NCBI GenBank assembly: GCA_045863855.1
Contig: BTVV01000040.1
Span: 1 to 47,583 of the forward strand
Reading direction: 5' to 3'
DNA length: 47,583 bases
Source: Planctomycetota bacterium
Lineage (GTDB): Bacteria > Planctomycetota > SZUA-567 > H5-PLA8
Shown: positions 6,889-14,649 of the stretch, piece after piece
Position numbering within the stretch: position 1 is the first letter of the stretch
How the letters are laid out: every line of letters begins with the position of its first letter
Position numbers and translations under genes: made by a program
Notes under the pieces: generated by a model
The model's database searches: none
What the model was told of the DNA's origin: nothing
Seen by the model: only the letters and a program-made list of their open reading frames with translations

Positions 6889-9480
6889 ATGCAGATTCGT
6901 TATTGTGAAACCTGCGGCGTGCGCGTGTCCGAGCGCGAAGTGGAATCCGGCGAAGCGCTGGAGACCGGCGGCAAGGTGCGCTGTCCGCAATGCAAGCCGC
7001 AGCAAGTGGCGGTGGCCGATCGCGGCATGCGCAAATCGCGTTCGAAGATCATCGCGTTGGGTTCGGATCGCGCTAAGTCTTCAGAGACGAGCGTTGGCCC
7101 CGCCCAGCGCGAATCGCCCGCTGTGCGCCGTCCACCGGTCCCTTCCCATCACGGTGCTCAGGATTCGAATAAAACCGTGGGCCTGACTCTCGCAGCAGGT
7201 GGCTTGGTGCTGTTGGGCCTCGCCTTCATGCTGCTGCGCGGCGGTGAAGCGCCGGCGCGTCCCGCGCCGCGCGAACCGGCGGTGGCTCAAGAGTCCATTC
7301 CGCGCGAGACTCGGCTTGCTGCGCGTCCCGCTCCGGATCCGGTTTCCGGTCAGAGCGAAGCCGCGCAAGCCCCGGCGCCGGTCGAGCCCGGGCCACCTTC
7401 CGCGTTCGAGCGACTCGCTCGCTTCGAAGGGTTGGATCCGGAAGACGCGAGAGGGCGTGTGGTGCGCATCGAGGCCTTTTTAGTGCAAGAGACCGATCCG
7501 TTGCATCTGGCTCGAGCGCGGCAATTGCTCGCCGAATGGCAAGCCAAGGTTTCCGCCGCAACCGGACCTGTGGCCGTCGAGGTCGGCCGCCCCGCTGCGC
7601 CAGATGAACCCGTTGCGCCGGATCTGGCGCCCGCGACCACGGCAGCCCCAACGCCCGAAACGGATCGGGGCGTACGGACGGAACCGGCGGCTCCTTCCGC
7701 TACGACCGAATCCTCTGAATTCAAGGGTTGGGAAGCGGGGGCCGAAGAATGCGCGAGTTACGTCGTGGCCTTCCAACAGCACCGTGAGGCGCATGCCTAC
7801 CGCCAAATGCTGGCGGAAGTATTCGCTCTGGTCCGGCGCATGCGCACGAGCGAAGCGCTGGCGGAACTGGCTCGCCGGGCTCAGACGGCCGGTGCGGGTG
7901 AGCAAGCGGAGCGCGCGAAGCGTGACCGTTCCGACTTGGAGGCATTGAGCGCGCTGCGCCGTCAGGCGCTGGATGCCGCGAAAGCTTTGGTGGGCAAGGA
8001 AGTGGAGCTTTGGCGCGGATCCACTCCGATTCGCGGAACGCTGCTTAAGTCCGATCCAGCGGAAGGCGTCTCGCTGCGTTTGGCCGACGGCCCCGAACTT
8101 ACCATGGCCCCCGAGCAGCTTAATGCGCGCGACGTGGAACGCTGGATCGCCCCCGATCCGAATGCCGCCGACGCGACACAGGCGCGGCTCTTTGGGTTGC
8201 TGCATCTGGTTTCCGGCGAACATGCGGCGGCGATGGGTTGGTACGAGCGTTTACCCGACCCCGTTCGTTCTGAATACCGAACGCGGGCGGCCTTACTGGA
8301 TTTGACCGGCGCCGGCTTGCGCTTCGACGCCGCTTGGCTCGCGGCGGACGAAATGCGCGCGGCCGGAAAGTGGCAGGAAGCGTACGAAGCCTACGCGAAT
8401 CTCGAGCGCACGTTTGGCGCGACCGCCGCGTGGTCCGAGTGCTCCAAAAAGATCGAAGAAGCGGCTCAGCGCATGAAGTGGCTTTCCAAACCCATCGCGC
8501 CTGGCTTGATCGGGAGTTACTACCGGACTCGAGAGGCCAAGCCTGAAACGCTCGTGGTCACGCGGATCGATTCGACCATCGACTTCGACTGGGGAGGCAA
8601 ATCGCCCGCACCTTCAATGCCGGGCGAACAAATCTCGATCGTATGGACGGGGATGGTGCATATTCAAGTCGCAGGGAGCTACGAGTTCGCGTTGACGAGC
8701 GACGACGGGAGCCGTTTGTACCTGGACGGCCAAGTGGTGGTCGAGAACTACGCGGATCATCCCGCCAAGAGGGTCGCGGGAACGGTGGTATTGGCGGCCG
8801 GTTGGCATCCACTGAGGCTGGCCTATTACAACGGTACCAGCTTTTCATCCTGCAAGATGTCCTGGACTCCTCCTGGGGCCGCTCAGGATGTGCTGGTCCC
8901 CGCCGAGGTGCTGGGTCACGATGCTCGAGTAGCCCCGCAAGCCGGCGTACAGTCTCCTGCCGCTCCGCCGGCCGTAACCGAACCGCCCGCGCAGACGCCG
9001 CCGGACGCCCCCGCCGCACCGGCCGGACCGAAACTTCCGGAAGGTCCTACCGTATTCCTGAGCCAGCTTGCCGAGTTCGATGTGAAGGTAGGACACGGCA
9101 CCTTCGGCAAGAATGGCGCGACCGGTTACGAAAGCGGCCATAAGATTTCGGTGGGCGGGCAGCCTTCGCCACACGGTCTCTCGACACATCCGGGCGCAGA
9201 GCCGGCTACGGTGTCGTACCGCCTGGATAAGCAATTCAAATCCTTGCAAGGGTATGTGGCGCTCAACGACACCACCAAACGCTCGAACCGTCCGCTCCTC
9301 TTTCGCATTTACGGGGACGACAGGCTGCTGTGGCAATCGAAATCCGTTCAAGTTTCCAATCGCCCCGAGGCGTTTGCCGTGCCGCTTGCCGGTGTCGGTG
9401 TTTTGCGGCTCGAAGTGGAGGCTCGCGGCGATAGCGGCTATGCGCATGGCGTTTGGATCGAACCCTTATTGCGGCGGTAA
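6889..9480 (+). CDS. single-pass membrane protein: N-terminal Zn finger (CETC..CPQC), TM helix, helical region, PA14, NPCBM/NEW2
   Basis: Two CxxC pairs; TM VGLTLAAGGLVLLGLAFMLL; PA14 GLIGSYY...IDFDWG...TSDDGSRLYLDG; NPCBM FLS.L...GLSTHP...YRLDK.F..L.G.V.LND...F.IYGD...LRLEV...W.EP.L. Confidence 0.85.
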   Translation: MQIRYCETCGVRVSEREVESGEALETGGKVRCPQCKPQQVAVADRGMRKSRSKIIALGSDRAKSSETSVGPAQRESPAVRRPPVPSHHGAQDSNKTVGLTLAAGGLVLLGLAFMLLRGGEAPARPAPREPAVAQESIPRETRLAARPAPDPVSGQSEAAQAPAPVEPGPPSAFERLARFEGLDPEDARGRVVRIEAFLVQETDPLHLARARQLLAEWQAKVSAATGPVAVEVGRPAAPDEPVAPDLAPATTAAPTPETDRGVRTEPAAPSATTESSEFKGWEAGAEECASYVVAFQQHREAHAYRQMLAEVFALVRRMRTSEALAELARRAQTAGAGEQAERAKRDRSDLEALSALRRQALDAAKALVGKEVELWRGSTPIRGTLLKSDPAEGVSLRLADGPELTMAPEQLNARDVERWIAPDPNAADATQARLFGLLHLVSGEHAAAMGWYERLPDPVRSEYRTRAALLDLTGAGLRFDAAWLAADEMRAAGKWQEAYEAYANLERTFGATAAWSECSKKIEEAAQRMKWLSKPIAPGLIGSYYRTREAKPETLVVTRIDSTIDFDWGGKSPAPSMPGEQISIVWTGMVHIQVAGSYEFALTSDDGSRLYLDGQVVVENYADHPAKRVAGTVVLAAGWHPLRLAYYNGTSFSSCKMSWTPPGAAQDVLVPAEVLGHDARVAPQAGVQSPAAPPAVTEPPAQTPPDAPAAPAGPKLPEGPTVFLSQLAEFDVKVGHGTFGKNGATGYESGHKISVGGQPSPHGLSTHPGAEPATVSYRLDKQFKSLQGYVALNDTTKRSNRPLLFRIYGDDRLLWQSKSVQVSNRPEAFAVPLAGVGVLRLEVEARGDSGYAHGVWIEPLLRR

Positions 9481-9509
9481 GCGCGTCCGAAATTTGATAC
9501 ACTTCCGGC

Positions 9510-9995
9510 ATGCCCACTGAAATCGAACGCCGTTTTCTGATCGTTCCCCGCCTGCTTCCGCGCAAACTGCCGAAGGCCGACCGGATCGTGCAGGGCTTCC
9601 TGAATTTTGCGCCGGTGGTCCGGGTGCGCTTGCGCAAGAGCGGCAAGGACGGGCGCACGCGCGCCTACATGACCGTGAAAGGCCGCGGCTTGCGGGTGCG
9701 TGCGGAATACGAGTACGCGATCCCCGTGGCGCATGCGCGGGAGCTTATGAAACTGTGCGGCACGGCGGTGATCGATAAGGATCGCACGGTCTACGGCCCA
9801 TGGGAAATCGACGTCTACCGCGGGCGGCATCGCGGGCTTCAGGTGGTGGAAATCGAACTGCCCCACGCGCGGGCGAAGCTGCCCGATCCGTTACCGGAGT
9901 GGGTCGGGCGCGAGGTGACCGAGGATCCGCGCTATACGAATTCGCATTTGGCGCGGGCGAAAAAGTGGCCGCCGAGCAAGGATTTCTTCGTCTGA
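9510..9995 (+). CDS. CYTH domain protein (triphosphate tunnel metalloenzyme / class IV adenylate cyclase-like)
   Basis: EIERRFL, VRVR, TVKG, RAEYEY, WEIDVY.G...GL.VVEIEL, WVGREVTEDPRYTN. Confidence 0.92.
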   Translation: MPTEIERRFLIVPRLLPRKLPKADRIVQGFLNFAPVVRVRLRKSGKDGRTRAYMTVKGRGLRVRAEYEYAIPVAHARELMKLCGTAVIDKDRTVYGPWEIDVYRGRHRGLQVVEIELPHARAKLPDPLPEWVGREVTEDPRYTNSHLARAKKWPPSKDFFV

Positions 9996-10066
9996 AGGCG
10001 GCCTACCGTGGCGCGCGCGAAGGCCATCCTCTAAACTGCGCGCTCGTTTAGCGCTGGGCGCAACGC

Positions 10067-10741
10067 ATGGACTTTCCGATCGATAAACTGATTGTCGTGC
10101 TGCTGGTCGTCTACACGATCACGCTGCACGAACTGGCCCATGCGTGGGCGGCGACTTGGGCCGGCGATCCAACGCCCGGAAAGCACGGTCGGCTGACTTG
10201 GAATCCGATCGTACAACTGCACCCCGTCTATTCCGTGGTCATGCCCCTGATCACCTACCTCCTCAACGGCTGGCCGATCGGTTTCGCGTACTGCCCGATC
10301 GATCCCAGCCGCTTTCGCAAGCCGTTGCGCGACCGGGCGCTGGTGGGATTGGCCGGGCCGCTGGTGAACTTTGCCGTGTCCCTGTTGTGCGTGGGCCTGA
10401 TGTGGCTGCCGTTCGTGGTGCGCCCTGATCTGGAAGATGGTGCGAACGCGACGATCCTCTTTGGCTTGGCGTTCTGGAACCTGCTGCTCGGACTTTTCAA
10501 CATGCTTCCGTTGCCGGGTCTGGACGGCTACGACGTTATTCGGCCTATCTTGCCGTTGGCGATCCGGCAGCCTCTGGACCGGTTTCGCACCATGGGCTTC
10601 TTGCCCTTGCTCCTGGCGTTGATGGTAGGCGGGGAATTGCTGGGCTTGGTGGCGACGCCGGCCATTCGATTTTTCTTCGCCATCCTGCCTGCACATGTGG
10701 ATGCCTACGAGCTGTTCCATTACTGGTTGGGCAGGGGTTGA
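10067..10741 (+). CDS. site-2 protease, M50 family (YwhC-like)
   Basis: HELAH zinc motif, GDPT..GRLTWNP, AGPLVN, FNMLPLPGLDG; several TM segments. Confidence 0.93.
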   Translation: MDFPIDKLIVVLLVVYTITLHELAHAWAATWAGDPTPGKHGRLTWNPIVQLHPVYSVVMPLITYLLNGWPIGFAYCPIDPSRFRKPLRDRALVGLAGPLVNFAVSLLCVGLMWLPFVVRPDLEDGANATILFGLAFWNLLLGLFNMLPLPGLDGYDVIRPILPLAIRQPLDRFRTMGFLPLLLALMVGGELLGLVATPAIRFFFAILPAHVDAYELFHYWLGRG

Positions 10742-10773
10742 CCGAAGCCGTACTGCGAGTCACGGGAAGCCCC

Positions 10774-10801
10774 TTGTTGTACGTCTCGCCAGCGGGATAA
10801 T
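10774..10801 (+). promoter_or_regulatory. possible internal promoter upstream of the second kinase
   Basis: TTGTTG-N16-GATAAT in the intergenic gap. Confidence 0.3.
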
Positions 10802-10861
10802 CGCTTTTCGGTATAGAAACACAGGGTTCGGCGCGGCGGTCCCGCGGCCGGACCGGGGAGC

Positions 10862-12592
10862 TTGCTTCGCTTGGCGGATCGGTCCTCAGGTCCACACGCT
10901 CCCGACGCCGACCCGGAACGCACGGCCGATTTGAGCGCCGGCGCGTTGGGTTCGGGCGAGAGCACTTCCGCGCCGCTGAAGGCCTCGGCGGCCGCGGCCA
11001 AGACGCCATTGCCCGACCGACCGGAGCGCATGGAAGTCGCGCCCTCTGCGCCTCCACGCCCCGCGGCCGGTACGCCGGCTTCTCCGGCCATGGCCGCCTG
11101 GAACGGGCAGGAAGATCAGGCGCCGCCCGATCCGCTCTTGAACACCGTACTCGGCAAGTGCCAGATCCTGCGCCGCCTGGGCGAGGGCGGCATGGGGCTC
11201 GTCTACCACGGCAAGCATCTGACGCTCGATATCGATGTGGCCGTGAAGGTGCTTTCGCCGGCCTTGGCCAAGCGCGACCGCGGCTTCGTCGATCGCTTTC
11301 TGCGCGAAGCTCGCACCGCCGCGCGGATTCATCATCCCAGCATCGTTCAAGTGCTGGATGTCGATTTCCAACAGGGCTACTACTTTCTGCTGATGGAATA
11401 CGTGGACGGCGAGACCGCCGGCGACCGACTGCGCCGAATGAAGCATCTCACCGAACGCGAGGTTGTGGAGATTGGCCTCGAAGCGGCCTCGGCCCTCGAG
11501 TTCGCGCGGCGCAAGCAGATCATTCACCGCGATATCAAGCCCGAGAACATTCTGATCTCGACCGAAGGCGAAGTGAAGTTGGCCGACTTGGGCCTGGCGA
11601 AGCTTTTGGCGGGCGGGGGCGGCGGCAGCGGATTGACGCTGGGCGACCAAGTGCTCGGCACGCCGTTTTACATCTCGCCCGAGCAGGCCACCAACGCGAA
11701 GAATGCCGACCACCGCAGCGACCTTTACAGCTTGGGTGCGACGATGTTCCATCTCGCCACGGGGCGCGTGCCCTTCGAAGGAACCAGCGCATTCGATACG
11801 ATGATGCGGCACATGAACGAACCGCCCCCCGAACTGCGCGCGTTCCGCGCCGAACTCTCGATGGAGTTGGCGTCGGTGGTGCGCCAGCTTCTGCAGAAAG
11901 ACCCGAGCCGGCGATTCCAGTCGGCGGGGCAATTGCTGCTGGCGCTTCGCCCGATCTACGAACGGCTGGTTCCGCGCGAGGAGCGCGACGCGCTGCTCGC
12001 GGGCAGCGGCGATACGGCGGTGCTGGCCACGAAGCGTCCGGGCACCAAGGCGGGCCGGTTGAATCTTTCGAGCGTGACCTTGCTGGGAACCTCGCATGGA
12101 GGCGCACAGCTCGAACAATGGGCGCCGCAGGTGGACAGCGGCCCTCCGCGGCCCGCGCCGGCGCTTCCGCCGATGCAGGAACAGCGCGTGCCCGCTCCGG
12201 CGCTGGGGTCGGTGCCGCTGGGCCGGCGCGGTTCGGCGATCCGTACGCCTGTGGGCAGTCCCACCCCCGCTCCGGGCTTGGCCTTCGAAGATCGCCGCCA
12301 GCCGCCGACGAAATTCTGGCTCGCGCTGCTCTTTGTCCCGTTCTTGAACGTGTTGGCGTACATTTGGGTCGGCACCATTGCTAAAAAGCGAGAGTGGTGG
12401 TATTGGGGCATGGGCGTTCTCTTCTTCCATTCGGTGTTCATGCTCGTGGCGCACGAAGGCGGGCCCGGCGCGGTGTTCGGGAACCTGGGTTTCCTGATTA
12501 CCTATGGGGTGGGATTGGCGTACGGCCTGTCGATTCGCCGCGAAGTGGACGCGCGCGCCATGGAGGTCAGCGACGACGATGACGGGCTGTAA
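10862..12592 (+). CDS. Ser/Thr protein kinase with a C-terminal ~3-TM membrane module (start uncertain; ATG 11030 or 11090 possible)
   Basis: LGEGGMGLVY, VAVK, HRDIKPEN, DLGLA, GTPFYISPE, DLYSLG; hydrophobic C-terminal segments. Confidence 0.9.
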   Translation: MLRLADRSSGPHAPDADPERTADLSAGALGSGESTSAPLKASAAAAKTPLPDRPERMEVAPSAPPRPAAGTPASPAMAAWNGQEDQAPPDPLLNTVLGKCQILRRLGEGGMGLVYHGKHLTLDIDVAVKVLSPALAKRDRGFVDRFLREARTAARIHHPSIVQVLDVDFQQGYYFLLMEYVDGETAGDRLRRMKHLTEREVVEIGLEAASALEFARRKQIIHRDIKPENILISTEGEVKLADLGLAKLLAGGGGGSGLTLGDQVLGTPFYISPEQATNAKNADHRSDLYSLGATMFHLATGRVPFEGTSAFDTMMRHMNEPPPELRAFRAELSMELASVVRQLLQKDPSRRFQSAGQLLLALRPIYERLVPREERDALLAGSGDTAVLATKRPGTKAGRLNLSSVTLLGTSHGGAQLEQWAPQVDSGPPRPAPALPPMQEQRVPAPALGSVPLGRRGSAIRTPVGSPTPAPGLAFEDRRQPPTKFWLALLFVPFLNVLAYIWVGTIAKKREWWYWGMGVLFFHSVFMLVAHEGGPGAVFGNLGFLITYGVGLAYGLSIRREVDARAMEVSDDDDGL

Positions 12593-12616
12593 TACCTGCT
12601 TGGCCGGGAGCGTGGC

Positions 12617-13975
12617 GTGAGCGACGCCGCCGCGCCCGAATCCGGCGCAGAGGCCCCCGCGCCCGCGGGGACGCTCACGCCCGTCGGCGGTCGCGAGGAT
12701 TTCTCCGCGCGCCTGGAGAGCTTCCAGGGCCCGCTCGACCTGCTGCTGTATCTCATCAAAGAGAACGAAGTCGATATCGTAAACATTCCGATCCATCAGA
12801 TCCTCGAACAGTTCCTCAAATACCTCGACGCGGCGCTGGAGTGGGATCTGCACTTGGCCGGCGAATTTCTGGTCATGGCCGCAACCTTGATGGAGATCAA
12901 GAGCCGCGAGCTGTTGCCGGTGCAGGAGACGGTCGAAGGCGAAGAGATCATCGAAGACCCGCGCAGCGAACTGGTGCGGCAGCTTCTGCGCTACCGGCGT
13001 CTGAAGGAACAGGCCCGCGCGCTGGAAGAACAACTGGAGCGCTGGGAGCACAGCCATCCGCGCGGGTGCTTCGACGAGATTCCGGAGCTGCCTCCTGAAG
13101 AAACACCGGCCGAAGAGATGGAACTCGACTTCGATCTGTACGATCTGCTCACGGCGTTCGAGCGCGTGCAGAAGTCGGTGCTGGCGGCCACCCCTCGGCG
13201 GGTGGGCTACGAAGGCGAGACGGTGGAGGAAGCGATCGAACGCATCGAGCGTGTGCTGAAAGAGCGCCCGTACTCGAGATTCGTCGAGTTGGTCGCGCAT
13301 GCGCGCAGCCGCCCGGATATCGCGACGTGCTTCGTGGCGCTTCTGGAACTGGTCCGGCGGCGGATGATCCGGCTGGTGCAGGCGGGCGAAGCCGCTGGCA
13401 TCGAGGTGAAGGTGCAGAGTTCGGAAGAGGCCGAGGCGCTGGCGCGCGAGGAATCGCTGAGGGCCGACGAAGTGCAGACGATCGCCGAACGCGAGAAGGC
13501 CGAGCGCGCGGCGCAGTTGGCCGAAGAAGCCGCGGCGCTGGGTGTGTCGGTCGAGGAACTGCCCTGGAAGACGCGCCGCACGCTGCTGGCCAAGAAGAAA
13601 TTCGAAGGCGTGGTGCGCCCGGAAGATCTGGAAGAAATCGACGCGGAGGAAGGCGAGATTGGCCGGCGCATCGACGCCATCTTCGCGGCGGTGGACGCGA
13701 TCACTCAGCGATTCGAAGGGCAGCGCCCCGGCGAAGAAGGGATCCCGCCGCTGGAGCCGCTGCCCGACGAAGGCGATGCGGCGCCGTTGAGCATGGACGA
13801 CTTGGCGCCTACGCCCGATGCGGCGCCTCAACCACAAGTTAGCCCGGCATCGCAAGCCGAAGCGCCATCGCCAGAGGCCGCACCCACGGACCCGGATGAA
13901 GCGGCCGATCCGCCTGCGGAACCCCAGGCCGAATCGGATGCCGAGCTGCCGCCGGAAACGCCTGCCCCCCACTGA
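12617..13975 (+). CDS. scpA: segregation and condensation protein A (kleisin) with a long C-terminal extension
   Basis: LESFQGPLDLLLYLI, GEFLVMAATLMEIKSRELLP, DPRSELVRQLLRY, FVALLELVR. Confidence 0.92.
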   Translation: MSDAAAPESGAEAPAPAGTLTPVGGREDFSARLESFQGPLDLLLYLIKENEVDIVNIPIHQILEQFLKYLDAALEWDLHLAGEFLVMAATLMEIKSRELLPVQETVEGEEIIEDPRSELVRQLLRYRRLKEQARALEEQLERWEHSHPRGCFDEIPELPPEETPAEEMELDFDLYDLLTAFERVQKSVLAATPRRVGYEGETVEEAIERIERVLKERPYSRFVELVAHARSRPDIATCFVALLELVRRRMIRLVQAGEAAGIEVKVQSSEEAEALAREESLRADEVQTIAEREKAERAAQLAEEAAALGVSVEELPWKTRRTLLAKKKFEGVVRPEDLEEIDAEEGEIGRRIDAIFAAVDAITQRFEGQRPGEEGIPPLEPLPDEGDAAPLSMDDLAPTPDAAPQPQVSPASQAEAPSPEAAPTDPDEAADPPAEPQAESDAELPPETPAPH

Positions 13976-14049
13976 CCGGCGCGTCGATTCTCGCAGGCTT
14001 GCATTCGCCGCCGCGACGGTACCATACGTGTCCACGCGGAGATGCGGCC

Positions 14050-14613
14050 ATGCCTCGGTTGACCAAGATTTATACGCGCACCGGCGACGACGGGATGACA
14101 GGTCTAGGCGGCGGGCAGCGTGTCCCCAAGGACAGTCCGCGCATCGAGGCCTACGGGACGGTGGACGAACTGAACAGCGGCTTGGGCGTCGCGCGTGCGC
14201 TGGGGTTGCACGCCCAATTGGCGCGCTTCCTGCCGCGCATTCAGAACGATCTCTTTCATCTGGGCTCGGACCTCTGCATCCGCGAAGACGATAAGAAGTC
14301 CCTGCAGATTCCCCAGATCGAAGACCGCCATATCAAGCAGCTCGAGAAGTTCATCGACGAGCTTCAGAAATCGTTGAAGCCGTTGGATAACTTCATCCTT
14401 CCGGCCGGCACGCCGGGAGCGGCTCAATTGCACGTCTGCCGCTGCGTTGCGCGACGCGCCGAGCGCTGCGTGCTGGCCCTCGCCCGCATCGAGCAGGTCA
14501 GCCGGCTTTCCGTCGTTTATTTAAACCGGCTCAGCGATTTATTGTTCGTAATGGCGCGCTTCGAGAACCTCAAAAAGAACGGCGAGGACGTCCTGTGGGA
14601 TAGCCGCGCTTGA
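14050..14613 (+). CDS. pduO: ATP:cob(I)alamin adenosyltransferase, PduO type
   Basis: KIYTRTGDDG.T.L, RIEAYGTVDELNS, FILP.G, LHVCR...RRAER, YLNRLSDLLFVMAR. Confidence 0.93.
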   Translation: MPRLTKIYTRTGDDGMTGLGGGQRVPKDSPRIEAYGTVDELNSGLGVARALGLHAQLARFLPRIQNDLFHLGSDLCIREDDKKSLQIPQIEDRHIKQLEKFIDELQKSLKPLDNFILPAGTPGAAQLHVCRCVARRAERCVLALARIEQVSRLSVVYLNRLSDLLFVMARFENLKKNGEDVLWDSRA

Positions 14614-14649
14614 AATCTGGCCGATGCGCGGCGCCGGTTTCCCTGCCGA

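Noticed and set aside
9510..9995. CYTH protein as a cyclic-nucleotide signalling partner of the kinase pair
   Set aside because: Most short CYTH proteins are triphosphatases. Adjacency alone does not support cyclase activity.
10886..14035. 1049-aa antisense ORF (similarly 3448-5103, 5374-7005, 21293-24025, 29384-32197, 35376-37079, 37964-39937)
   Set aside because: These are shadow ORFs opposite well-supported genes. They are expected from high GC and codon bias and have no recognisable motifs.
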